This document shows, piece by piece, positions 40,111 to 53,062 of a DNA stretch of 63,592 nt. Position 1 is the first letter of the stretch; the number at the start of each line of letters is the position of its first letter. The stretch lies in the NCBI GenBank assembly GCA_001938485.1, contig MQRK01249292.1, positions 1-63,592 of the forward strand. Reading direction: 5' to 3'. The translations under genes and the position numbers were made by a program. The notes under the pieces were generated by a model, which was given only the letters and a program-made list of their open reading frames with translations, was not told the DNA's origin and did not search any database. The stretch is from Girardia tigrina (Eukaryota).

Positions 40111-40247
40111 AGGATTTCATCAAGTTTGCCCGCAACAAGCCAGAATTCATTAAGATAGTTTCGTTGTACAATGATTTCCAATTGGAAGCCAAAAAAGGCT
40201 CTTCTGCCGATCAATTAAGCGTTTCTGGAAAAGAAAAATTATTATAA
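40111..40247 (+). CDS. LPCAT-like terminal coding exon
   Basis: tctag|(E)DFIKFARNKPEF...KEKLL*; TAA at 40245-40247. Confidence 0.9.
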
Positions 40248-40729
40248 TTTCTATTGAAAAAAAAACTTTTTATTTGTATTTCCAATGTCTTTTCAAATGA
40301 ATTAACTTAATTTACTTACGAATCAACGTGTATATCTCTGTCGCTTTTTGTTTTTTGTTTTGCTGTTGTCAAATATTTGGATGACATTGCTCGTTTTGTT
40401 CACTTGACCCACTGAATGGTGATTTGAGATTGCTTTCAAATTTTATTATTGCTATTGAAAATGTTATTTTTTTTAAGTATTTATGTGATAATCGATAGGA
40501 AATATTTTATTTTTTGCGTTATTTAATTCTGTAGATTATTTTTTGGAATTTTTTTGTTAAAAACATGGCCAATTTTTTTTACAATATTCTAGTCGTCTTA
40601 AATTGATTAGTTTCACAGACTCTTTCTCAATAAGCAATCTGTTTATCCCTGTCCCAATCGGTAGCACCCCAAAACCGCGAAAGACAAAACAACGAAAGAC
40701 AAAACAGCGAAGACAAAAATATTTATGGT

Positions 40730-40913
40730 ATAAGATTCAATCATTTCTGGGAAGAATGGAAGCAATTCATGTTCAAGGATTGCTCGGTATAACATGGAAT
40801 TCATGTTGTTAGTACACTTAACCAATGGGCTAATACCATTGATTGTGAAGTAACTCCAAAACATTATGGAGCCGCCGCCGTAATTGACTGTTGGAAGAAC
40901 ACAATTAGGATGG
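40730..40913 (-). mobile_element. Tc1 (DD34E-type) transposase fragment
   Basis: PTVNYGGGSIMFW...MNSMLYRAILE motif. Confidence 0.75.
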
Positions 40914-43900
40914 AATTTAAAGTTCACCAGAAGTAACCCCAACATCCCCCTCGTTTTTAAAACTTTTGAATTTTTTAACATTTCGAATAATTTGTCTACC
41001 ATTTTTGTCTTCCAACTTGTAGCTTCTTTCGTGAATTCTTTCTATAATTTCATAAGGGCCATCGAATCTATCTTCTCTTTTCGTTCTATTTTCCTTTTGA
41101 ATCCTATTGAACCTTTTCGCCAACCTCTGGCGTGTTTTTTTCTTTTAGTCTTATTCTGGTATCCTCCCGGTTTATTTTGCTGTTATCATACCACTTTTGT
41201 CTGTCTATTTTTTTCCCAAATACGACTTTGCTGGACTGCACCCTATCGTCTTTTGTTTCGTTGCATTTATAGCAAATTCCACTTCCGGAAATATGTCTGC
41301 CAAACTTGTAGCATTTCTTTCTTTCAAACTTGCCTGTATGAATTCTCGTATTGTCCGAAACTGTCTTTCAATTATCCCATTTTGTGTTATGGTTGATATG
41401 GGCTAGAGAAAATCAATTCGATACCTTTTGCTTCCAACATTTCTTTTACTTTTTTCACTTCGAAACATTTCCCGCAGTCTACGTGGATCTCTTTTAGTGC
41501 TCCAAATTTTAATATCCATTTCTGTACTATCATTTGTACTATTGTCTCTTCATCTTGTCTTTTAATTGCTGTCAAGCTCACATATTTACTTTAGGTATCC
41601 ATTCTTTCATACCCGTTCGGGCTTGACTCCTCGTAGTCACTGCCAATAATCTCGTCTTGCTTTTTCCTTTTTTCGCTTCTTTGTGTTCCATTTGGCATTG
41701 TGTACATGTGTCGCAATTCTGTCTTGATAACATATCAGCGTTGCCGTGCAGCACTCCCTTTCTATATTCTATTTCGATATCCAAACTGCTTAAGTAATTC
41801 ATCCACGTTTGGAATTGAGCCGTTAAGGGTTTCTTTGTATGGAACATGAACTTTATAGCTTTATGATCCGTTCTCAATTTGAATCTCTTCCCGTACAAAT
41901 AATGGTTGAAATGCTGGCAAAAATAAAAAATTGTCAAAAGTTCTTTCCTTGTTATGTAATAACCTTTTTCATGTGCTGACATTAAATGTGATCCATATGC
42001 TATTACCTACTCTTTTCCAGACTCACTTATCTGTGACAGTACCACCCCTATATTATCAAAACTGGCATCTGTATCTAGAATAAAGTGTTTTCCGAAATCT
42101 GGGAAGCTCAGTATTCTCGTATGTCCTTAAACGCTATTTCGCATGCATCCGTCCAGATTAACTTTTCTTTATTTAAACTACACATTCCTTCTAATACTTT
42201 TTCTTTCTTTGCATATCCTTTAATAAACCTTCTATAATAGTTGCAAATTCCTAAAAAACTTCTCAAATTCTTAATACATTTCAGCCTTTGGAAATTCTCT
42301 ATCGCTGCAATCTTTTCTGGATCTGTCTGTATCCCTTGGTCATTTATTATGTGTTCCAGAAATTTTACTTCCGGTCGTAACATCTTACATTTCGCTGGTT
42401 TTATTCTTAGTCCTGTTTGTTGGATCCTCTCAAATACTTACCTTATCACCTTGTAATGTTTTTCCTTTGTACTTGTCGCTATTAGTATGTCATCCAAATA
42501 AACTGATGCCCCTTTCTTTATTGGTTGTAACACCTTTGTCATTAGTTCTTGGAATGTTCCTTGGACAATTATTTACTGGCAAATTATTTTTGTTGAGCGA
42601 CGTTCGGGCCCATAGGAACGCGCCCCAAAACTCTAGCTCACAATCGTGAATTATGGTCCTTAAGAGGACCGTATTTCTTTCGCCGATACGAGCATTTCGA
42701 AATATTATTTCTAGGTCGTTCGGATGATCATAGTTAAAATTCAATTTTCCATCTCTGCCAACTGATTGCAACCGATTCCAAAAAAGCTTGACACTCTATT
42801 GCCAATTTAAATGCATTTATCATTAATTTTTGAGATCCATTAACGTAAAGTTCCATAGTTAAAAGCCAAGGCATGTTGAAATGGTTTATTCTACAATATT
42901 CTGATGGATAATTTGTTTATTAGTGTGATTAACAAAAAAAAATCGATATTGCTATATATCTTTATTGAATCACATAAACTCTATACAAAATAATTCGTTA
43001 AAACAAAACGAATTTTTTCAATCATTTTTTTTTCTTTTTAATTATAACTTAACATATTTACATATATATACACATACATATATATATATATATAATTATA
43101 TAGATGTTGTATTAATATTTATTAAATTCAATTTTGATAGCTTTTTTAATTCATTCTGAAACATTCCTGGGGCTGTGGCTATGCCAAAAGGCATCTTTTT
43201 AAAACAAAACTGTCCTGTGTTGGTGGAGAACGCCGTTTTTTCCTGTGATTCTTTATCCAATTCCACTTGATAGTATGCATTCCCTAAGTCTATTGTACTA
43301 AAATATTTGGTACCGTGTAATCTATCCATCATTTCAGCTATATTCGGCATGAGGAAAGCTTGGAGCTTAGTGATTCGATTTAACTGTCTAAAATCCAGAC
43401 ACAATCTGATTTCGTCCTTGTCCTTTTTCCACACGCATACTATTGGTGTGTTCCATTCAGAATTACATGGCTTTATTATTTCGTTTTTCTCAAATTTTTT
43501 TATAGCTTCTTTTAGTTTGTCTTCCAGATGTACCGGCTGTCTTCTCGGTTTTTATGTTTATGGGTCCCCCTGTTGTCTCTATTCGGTGTTGTAGCAAGTT
43601 TGTACGACATATATCCCAATCGTTTGCCATAAATACTCCTCCGTATTCGTGAATTATTTTCTCTAGAGTTTTATCGTTTTTTGTATCTATCACTTTTAAT
43701 GCCTCTTGAACGCGATTCTCGTTGGTGATTTCTTTTCCAAAGTTAGCTTCGATTTCACATATGTTGGTTCTCTCTGTTTCCTGATAATTCCGCTCTTTCC
43801 ATTATAATTCTATTCCGAACTCTTTCATCAATGGTATTCCTCCGATCATCTCTGGTCTCAAACTTTTCTCCATTACAAATGTTATTTTTTCGGCTTTATT

Positions 43901-44343
43901 TCCAATCTTTACTATCGTTTCTATTTCTCCTCTGACATCAATTTGTAGTCCATTTACTGCGGTAAATCTCTGATTTGTCTGTTCTATCCTTATGTTATTT
44001 AAGTTTTTTAATATTCTTTCCGTCATAACGTTCAACGCTGCACCTGTATCCAGTAAACATTCGATTTCTATGTTTTCTATTCTAACTTTTACACTCGGTC
44101 GGCTCTGTAATTTATCGTATGTAAATGGAACATTTTCACAATTATTAATTATTAGCAATTCTCTATCACCAAATGATTCTTTTTTTATAAATTTCACGAC
44201 TTTCTGACTTACTTCTGGTTCCTGATGGGGTTTTGGTTCACTTTGTTCTTTTTGATTATTTTTCTTAATTTTATCATTTATATTATTGATATCAACTTTA
44301 TGATTTATTTTATTTATATAATTTATATTACTACTACTACTAC

Positions 44344-44386
<43 letters not shown>

Positions 44387-46271
44387 ATGATCTGGTTCAT
44401 GTAAATGAAAACTTACTCCAGTGCCAAGATCGGTTCCTCGTCGTCTCGACACGATTCGTTTTTTTCTATATGTTCTCGCTCTCCTCCGTTTTCTTCCTTC
44501 TTCATCATCGCGATCTGTCTTCCTCTTTCGAACATTCTTCTGTAGTCGTCTGAGTTCCGGTTTCCTGAGCTTTTCGTTTGTGCATCTGAGAATTGTCGGC
44601 TATCTCCTTGGGTTCTCCTTTGATAATTAGTTTTTCCTTGATATCGTTTATTCAAATTCGTGTAACATTCCTCAGCTCTATGTCCTGGATTATTACATCT
44701 TCCACATCTTACCTTCCTGCATTCTCGTCGGACATGACCTTCCTCGCCACATGCATGACATGTGATTTTTCTTTCTCGTTTATATTCGCTCCGTCTATGC
44801 CCTGTTTCTTTTCAGTTCCAGCATGATATATTGTTTTGCCCTGGATGTCGTCTAACATGCTTCCTGTCGCTGATCCTCTTTTTACCACGTCCTTGTATGA
44901 CGCTCTCATCGCATGTACTGGCCTTTCCATTTCCCGGACTTCATCCACTTTTTTGATGACATTTTTTACTTCTTTTATTTCTTTTACCTCTCTAAACTTG
45001 ATCTCTTTCTTCACATCACTGTACTTCGACCCATGAATTAGAAGATTCTTTTCAATTTCTTCTTCCGACCAATTATGTTTTGCTTATTTTGCTGCAAGTT
45101 TCTTTGCTTTTGCAAAGTATTCTTCCGCTGATTCATTCGTTCTTTCGAAATTTACAGCCTCCATCAGATCCTCCATCAGAGAGCTTTTCTTTTGAAAAGC
45201 TTCTCGTAACCGAGCTTCATATCCCTTTGTCTCGACCGATACATTCTCCTAGACAGGTAAAAGTTCATGAGAAAGCAATTCAATTATCAAAATCTCTTGT
45301 ATGTTTTCTGGTGTTTTAGCCACCTTAAAATAACTTGAGCATGCTGCTATAAATGTTTCAACATTGTCTTCTTTCCGGTATTTTTCCGGTAGAAGTCTCG
45401 CAATCAACTGATCCGAGTTGCTGGCTATGGTCGCCATATTAGGTTCGTGATTAAAATTGGAAGTCATAATTTTGTAAACTTTATTTCTATCACAATTTTC
45501 ATTATTGAAACAAATTTATGAGGAACAAAATTTTAATTACATAATCCAGATCTCAAAATTCTAAATATAAATAATAATATCGATAAATATACAAATATGT
45601 TATTTTATTCAATTTTGTATAAATCATGTTGTTTTTTTGCTTTATTAATTTTTTTGCAATGTAATCTAAATTTAGATTTTTAAAAATATTTTTAAAAATT
45701 CAATTCTTAAATGTTTTTTTTGATTTTTAATCATTCGATGATAAATTATTTTTTAATAAAAATCTTTTATTTGTTTTTAATAAAATTGCATTCTTTTTAA
45801 AATTTATTTTACTTAAAAAAGTATTATGATTTTATTTTAAATAGTGTTACAAAATATATTAAAATCTTCTTTACAATATTCTTTAACTTCGAAGATTGTG
45901 AATTTCGAAGATTTAATTGTGAATTTTTAAAACTTCATTTTTATAAAAAATTTGTCCCAATTTAATTAAAATATTATCATTACTCTAAAATTTTTTAAAA
46001 ACTTATTTCATTTTAATTAGTAATATACTATATGTGAACTATAATTTTTACAAAAATTATTTCGATTTAATTAGTAGAAATGTTACTATAAAATATATTT
46101 TTTAAAAAATCTTATTTATTTTAATTAGTAAATGTTATCTATAACTTAAATTTTTATTTTAAAGAATTATTTCATTTTAATTATTTGACATTATTTTTAC
46201 TTTATCTAAAATATAAATATGATTTTTTAAAAATATCAAAAATTTAAAGTTCACCAACAGTAACCCCAACA
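40914..46271 (-). mobile_element. Ty3/gypsy LTR retrotransposon, decayed (5' LTR 46271-45437, gag, PR, RT, RH, IN, PPT, 3' LTR stub)
   Basis: Order gag, LLDTGA protease, RT (CLDFRQLN, IDLGNAYYQV, MPFG), RH (RKELL, TDHKA, NADMLSR), IN (SSPYQP, GPYEI). PPT gaggggga precedes TGTTGGGGTTAC at 40944, and the same LTR start occurs at 46271. Confidence 0.92.
42500..43140. mobile_element. Secondary insertion (Tc1-like remnant) interrupting the gypsy RT
   Basis: RT homology breaks at ~43150 and resumes at ~42500. The plus strand has FWGAF-complementary and DVRAH-type fragments and a (TA)n tract. Confidence 0.4.
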
Positions 46272-46497
46272 ATTTCAACAAATAATTTATTTCTCCATTT
46301 GCACAGATAATAAGATTAAATTCAATAATTATAAGAGATTTATACAATCTTATGAAAGCTTTAACAAAGATTGTCCTGAGGTCAATCAAACTTGTCATAA
46401 TAAAAATGTTGAAAGTCATACTGGTGTTCTTAATAATTTGTGTTTATATCGAAATTCGGATTATTAAAATATCGATTATTGAATTTGAACACTGTTA

Positions 46498-47187
46498 TGT
46501 TGGGTATTTTATTCTAATTAAAATATTTACTTTTTAATCACAAATCTTTAATCTGGCTACAATTAATCAGTAGGGTCTTCCAACAAAATGAACACAATTT
46601 CTTTATATAATCTTTATTTTCAACAACACAAAGTAGCACTCAGTTTTCTATTGTGCAAATCAATTGTATTAAATAAACGTATTCACACACAGATAATCGA
46701 TGCGAGTTTATAAGATCACAATTTATTAATATCGAAACTGTAAATCTTTTAAAACGAACAATAACCTTTTTTATGAAAGTAAAGATGAATCTTCTTCTCC
46801 TGTACAGGTTACTTGATTCCGATCAAAAACTTTCAGAAAAATTGTAAAATAAAAATAAAAAAATAAAAATTATAAATTATAAAAAGATCAAATGCAGAAA
46901 AGTGAATTCTACTTGTCTTAACGTGCTTCCTTGATTACTTTATTTTAATTAGAAAATTTTATGACAATTATGACTGAATTGATTGTTGTTTATATACTAG
47001 TTTTTAATAACCTTGAAAATTGATTAGCTAAAACAAATCTCAAAATATTTAAAAATATTCTTCAAATTTTATTAAAATAACTATTATGTTAATCGAAAAT
47101 TATTGATTTTTACCAGAGAATTATTTTCAATTTTTCTGCAAGAGTTTTTGGTTAAAATTTTTATTTATACTTTTCGGAACTCCAACA
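46498..47187. mobile_element. Solo LTR-like element, family B, copy 1
   Basis: tgttgggtatt...ctccaaca termini; collinear with 47283-47958. Confidence 0.65.
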
Positions 47188-47282
47188 GTTATATCTTGCG
47201 TTGCATTGGATTGTTTGATGTCTTGCGTTTTTGATTTGGATTGCAATATTTTATTTTTGAATTGTTTTGCAAAGTGATAGTA

Positions 47283-47958
47283 TGTTGGGTATTAAAATTA
47301 TCTTTAATTTAAATATTTACGTTTCAAACACAAATCTTTATTCTTTAATCTATAATCTGAAATCTGACTCCAATTAATCAGAAAGGACTTCCAACATAAA
47401 TATATAAATGAATGAACACAAAATTCTTTTTCAAAACTTTATTTTCCAATAACACACAGCTTTTTATTGTTCAATTCAATAGTATCAATGGATGTATTCA
47501 CAAACGGATATTCGATGCTTGTTTATCAGATCACAGTTTATTAATTTTCAAACTATAAATCTTCTAAACGAACGATAACCGTTAAACCCTTAAAGTCAAA
47601 TGAACTTTATTCTCATATACAGGATACTTAGTTCGACTTCAACTTCAAGAAAAAGAAATAAAAGTAAAGAATTTAAATAAATTTACTCTACACGGAATCT
47701 TCTTTAATATTTGTTGCAGGAAATTATTGTTGTCCTATGACTAAATTCGTTGTTGTTTATATACTAGTTTTTCTTAACCTTGAAAATTGATCAAATAAAA
47801 CAAAGACTAAAATATTTTTAATTTTGATTCCAAATTTTGCTAAACTAAATATTATTTTGTTTGAAATTAATAATTTTATCAAAAGAATTATTTAGAAATT
47901 TTTTTTCTACATAAAATTTTATCAAAAGTGTTCATATGCATTTTTCGAAACCCTAACA
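47283..47958. mobile_element. Solo LTR-like element, family B, copy 2
   Basis: tgttgggtatt...ccctaaca termini; shared blocks such as gttgtttatatactagtttt...aaccttgaaaattgat. Confidence 0.65.
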
Positions 47959-48182
47959 AGTATTATATTTTTTAATTAGATTTTTGAGTGGATCGTCTTG
48001 TGTATTGTTGGGAAATTAAAATGTTTTTGATTGAGATTATATATTTTTTTTGAAATTCGAATTTTGTTTTATAAGTTGAACAAATTTGGATGAAACATAA
48101 AAAAAGCAAATCACGCTTTTAACAAAAAATTATTGTTCAAACAAAAACCCTGCATATTCAAACAAATATCTCATTAATAATT

Positions 48183-48930
48183 ATATCCCCACCTGAATCC
48201 TAGTTCACATAATCGTTTAACCAATCAGGTCTCTTCCGAGTTCTGCTGGATCGTCGTATGCAAATGTCCTGATTAACTTGATCGTCAGATTGTTCCTCGT
48301 AACTACTACTACTGCTGCAATATCCATCTTGTATTTTGTTTTTTCTGTCAACTGCTACACCGGCAGTTCGATGTTCTCTTCTTGTCTCTGTCGTATGTCC
48401 TGAACCTGTCTCGGTACTCCATCAACATCAACACACTTATCACTAACATGGACCCACAGTGTCCATGTCTCGGTGCATCGTGTATGTTGATGAGGTTTAA
48501 TTAACACCTTATCCCCGATTTTCCATTCATTTTTTTACCATTTTTCAGCTACATCACGCATTACTGGTAATCTGATATTATATCTGTATATAGACTCTGC
48601 TGGAAATACCTTGTCTTCACCTTTTCCGCAAGGTACTACATTGTAGTAAAATACTGCTTTCCATATAGGAATATCAGACCTCTTCGAAATTTGTTTAATT
48701 GTGCGATGGCATCTCTCCACAATACCATTTGTTGATGGCCTATATGCACATCTATAAATAATATTTACTCCCCATGAGTTACACAACATTTTGAATTCTG
48801 ATGACCTAAACGCAGTTCCATTATCCACCAAGATTTCCCGTTTTTCTGATTTCTAGGTTGCTGGAGCCGCAGCAATTCCAAAAGGTATTCTTTTAAAACA
48901 ATATTGACCATTCTTTGTTGAAAACGCAAT
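48183..48930 (-). mobile_element. Ty3/gypsy integrase and RT fragments
   Basis: VDNGTAFRSSEF...AYRPSTNGIVERCHRTIK; adjacent FKRIPFGIAAAP RT piece. Confidence 0.85.
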
Positions 48931-49532
48931 TTTAATTATTCACAATCTTTGTGCTGCGGTATACAGTTTCTGATTATGTCTTTATTCTGTTTAATGCTTT
49001 CTGTCTGCTTTTTATTTATTCTCAATATAGTTCTTTTACAGTAATAAGCATTCATTTTTATCACCGTTTTGAGTAATATGAAACATATTGTAAGTGTGAA
49101 AATTTAAGTTTGTCAAGATAAAACTAATTTCACTCAAATATTACCACCTAAATCATATTTGATGGGAGTAGTTCTCTAATGTTTTTATAAACTTATTATA
49201 ATCAAAAAAAATTATATATAAAAGATAAGTATAAAAGGAGAAAGAAATTATATAAAGTTCGCACTCAAATTATTTTAAAAGGAGAAAAGAGAAGATTAAA
49301 GAAAGTTAGAAAGTTATACTGAAGCATTAAAGAACAGAAAATTATATTAATTAAAATCAGACGTTGACTTAACCGAATTATAATTAGATAATAAACTTTG
49401 ATCGGTCACTTCAAAATCATCCGTTCGCGATTTAGTATAAAAGAAAAGCTCGAATTTGATCGAAAAACTCGAAATTCTGGCAAAAAGTGCTATTAAATAT
49501 ATAATTCATATATATTTAAAATAATTATATTT

Positions 49533-50235
49533 TTTTTATTATCTCGAAACGCGTCGTCTTATTTTTATCCCTATTATATAGATTTTACCTTACATTGTAT
49601 ATATTCTGACGTTAAAATCAATTATTTTTTGAACAACTTGGAAAGAACGAAGGAATTCAAAACAAAATGTATTTTGTCGGTGTGCGATTGTTTTGCACTG
49701 GTCAAGTGTGTTATTGTACTGAGTGTCCCCAGTGTCAAACCTGGTACAGTTGAGAGAACACAACGTTCTCTCAGATTTCCATTTGGTCAGACATTTCAGT
49801 CAAATTGCATCGATGAGATTTCGGTTTGTTTTGAGTTTGATGGGAAGGCTAAAATTGAGTTGATTGTATTGAGTGTGAGAAGTTTCATCTCAAAGATTAG
49901 CTTTTGGCGTGCTGTTAGTTGTCATCTATATCATATGTCTCCGTTACCTTGTAAAGTACGGAACGATAGAGAAAACATATCGTTTTCTCAAATGGTAATT
50001 GATAGCTGCCAATGGTTGGTTTGCGAGAATGAGATTGATTGCATTTAGTGCATCCCTCTTAATTTTAAGGAAAAGTGAAATAAAGTTATTTTCATCCAAT
50101 AATTTATTGGATAAATTTTATTTATTTTCTGTATGTTTCCATATAGTGTACCTTCTTGGTACATTTTGTGACCTGATGATGGGATTTTTATTATCTCGAA
50201 ACGCGTCGTCTTATTTTTATCCCAATTATATTTTT
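49533..50235 (+). mobile_element. Penelope-like element 3' remnant with pseudo-LTR
   Basis: Frameshifted GIY-YIG-like ECPQCQTWY..TQRSLRF.FGQ. The terminal ~45 bp are duplicated at 49533-49578, and the end carries a hammerhead. Confidence 0.7.
50170..50210 (+). ncRNA. Minimal type I hammerhead ribozyme
   Basis: gac-CTGATGA-t-gggat(loop)atctc-GAAA-cgcg-TC-gtc: intact core, stem II, palindromic stem III ACGCGT. Confidence 0.85.
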
Positions 50236-50399
50236 ATATAATTTAAACTCTAGTTGGTGTGAGTATAATTGCTTCACTATCTATTTAAAATTTAAATTCA
50301 TAAATTAAGGCTTAAGTTTTTGTTAAACTATCTGTAATTTTTACACAAATATATAAGATTATATAAGATATATAATATACTTTAGAACAATAAGTAGTG

Positions 50400-50990
50400 C
50401 TAAAGTAGTCTCTGTCACATCCAAAGTTCAAAGTTTCCTCTCAAACAAATCGAAAACAGTTTGTGATTTGCAAGCTAATCTGGTATATAAATTTAATTGT
50501 CACGGGTGTCAAAACTCGTACATCGGAGAGAAAATCGTCATCTCAAAACCCGGATTAGCGAGCACTCGCAAATGAGTCGATCGAGTAAGGTTCTTGATCA
50601 TTGGTTAGAACCTCATCCATTTCAAAAGATGAGTTTTCTGTTCTACAAAAGGGTTTTGATTCACATTACGAACGACAGTTTTGTGAATCTCTACTGATAA
50701 GACACTACAACCCATCAATTAACATTCAGAATGGGCAGAGTAAGGTTATTTCAATACTTAAAATTTTTAATTAAAATATTTTTTGCCATTATTACCAAAT
50801 AATACTTTGATAAATAATAATAATTAATTTTTTCGTTACCTTTTAGAGTAAATGTATCTTTTAAAATCGTATTATTCAAACAATTCAATATTCATATACT
50901 AAACATCCGAAAATTGCTGATGATGATGTACGTAAACATCGAAACATGTCCAATAATTATATAAAAAAAGCTTTAATTAAATTATATTTT
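50400..50990 (+). mobile_element. Penelope-like element 3' end (GIY-YIG) of a second family
   Basis: NLVYKFNCHGCQNSYIGE..RHLKTRISEH...ESLLIRHYNPSINIQ followed by a hammerhead. Confidence 0.85.
50913..50954 (+). ncRNA. Minimal type I hammerhead ribozyme
   Basis: attg-CTGATGA-t-gatgt(acgtaa)acatc-GAAA-catg-TC-caat: helix I attg/caat, perfect 5-bp stem II, palindromic ACATGT. Confidence 0.88.
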
Positions 50991-52684
50991 CGAAATACTA
51001 AACTTGCGTTCACAAGACTGAAAATATATTAATATTTAAAAAGGAAATAATCTTATTTTTAACTTCTTTTTATTGATAAAAGTTCTATAATCATACCGAT
51101 AACCCAACAATTTTATAAAACAATAAACTATGGTGTAATTTTATTTATAATCATTATTTTGTTCGTGGAAATTACGAACCCTCTATAAGTTAAAATCACA
51201 CATGCATTAGGTTATACACCTTAGTATTGATAATTGAATATTTGCTGTAAGATATTAACTTATTATTTAAACCTAACTATTAATTGAATTTAAGTATTTC
51301 TTTCTAAAATTCGAATAATTTTGAATAATGCTTCGAAATCATTGTTATAATTTTACTGAAAATAAGGAACTTTAATTTAATAAATAATTGTTATTAATTT
51401 TTATTTAAAATCATTTATATTTAGTTTTAATTAATTCTAATATTTAAGGTAGTAATAATATAAAATAATTACTTTTTCATTAAAATAAATATTGTTGAAT
51501 AATAAGAATTATCGTTTCTGAAATCGTAAAATATTTTTTCATAATTACCTTTAACCTTGCTTAATTCGATTTGTTTAAATGAATCATTTGTATTAATGGT
51601 TCATAATCATTAAATACTTCTTATTTCAAATTCGCTATGATATTATTATCGATATGTTTAGTGTTAGGTAAATGAGTATTTTAAGTGGATTCATTCGTTA
51701 TAAATATTGTATATGTAATAAGTCGTTACATCGGCCATCGATTGCCTCAATTGTTACACATGTGACTCCATTAGACATGCCGATTGTTTGGAGAAATTCG
51801 TTTATGATGGGGAGAACAAATTGTCGTCCGAGCCGTGCGATCGGTACGTTGGAAAGGCCAATTTTTGTGTGAAGACGACAGGCGTTTATGGAGGTTGGTA
51901 TCATTACTGTCCATATTTTGTTTAAACGAGACTCAAATTTCCACTTCTTTTATTGGCATTGAAGATGCTCGGGACTTTGTGTCCTTCATTTATAAACACT
52001 GAGATTGTCTAGTAGCAACTTCAAATATCGAATTTCATCGACAACCATCGTTTTTGCTTAAAAAGACAAGTTGTTTCAGTGAAGTGTTTGTTAATCTTCA
52101 CGAAATATATTATTGAGACTTTAATAGTTATTATAAAAGAAAAAGTAAAACAATATCTGCTTGTCGAATTTTTCTTTTATTTAAAGATAATACGAAAAGC
52201 TTAAAAAGATACTGGTGACGTTGGTTGTGTTCATTAATCTTATTGAACAAATCATCCTAGTCTTGATACTTTTAGTTTTGTTATGGTAGTTCATAAATTC
52301 AAGAACGTCATTATCATGAAATTCCTCAATTTTATTAAGATTATATTCGAAAACTTTTTCTACTTGTGCCATAGTCAATACATCTGGAATTGTTTTTTTT
52401 TCATTTTCCACCTGATCGATATCACATATATTTTACAGAAACAACAATTATGCATAATAGATATTGCAAGATAATGGCAAAGAAAACATTTTCTAACCAC
52501 CATTCCGACAATGACCAATTCATATTCAATTTCCTCATTAGCATTCTCAAATATCTCTTTTTAACCCTTTCAATACTTCGGGGATTTAATAAGTCCCAGA
52601 GAATGTTCAAAAATTCGTCTTTTGAATATATATACACCCATTTTTTTCTTAATAGGGCACTCTATACATAAGAGTTAATAATAA

Positions 52685-53014
52685 GTACACTATATGGAAA
52701 CTTACCGAAAATAAATAAAATTTATCCAATAAATTATTGGATGAAAATAAATTTGTGTTACCTTGTAAAGTACGGAACGATAGAGAAAACATATCGTTTT
52801 CTCAAATGGAAATTGATAGCTGCCAATGCTTAGTTTGCGAGAATGAGATTGGTTGCATTTCTCTAAGTTTTAAGGAAAAGTGAAATAAATGTATTTTCAT
52901 CCAATAATTTATTGGATAAATTTTATTTATTTTCGGCATGTTTCCATATAGTGTACTTGCTTAGTACATTTTGTGACCTGATGATGGGATTATTATTATC
53001 TCGAAACGCGTCGT

Positions 53015-53020
<6 letters not shown>
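52685..53020 (+). mobile_element. Penelope-like pseudo-LTR copy with an inverted 5' segment
   Basis: 52757-53019 duplicates 49943-50214; 52685-52747 is the reverse complement of ~52893-52956. Confidence 0.82.
52975..53015 (+). ncRNA. Minimal type I hammerhead ribozyme (paralog of 50170)
   Basis: gac-CTGATGA-t-gggat(tattatt)atctc-GAAA-cgcg-TC-gtc. Confidence 0.85.
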
Positions 53021-53062
<42 letters not shown>

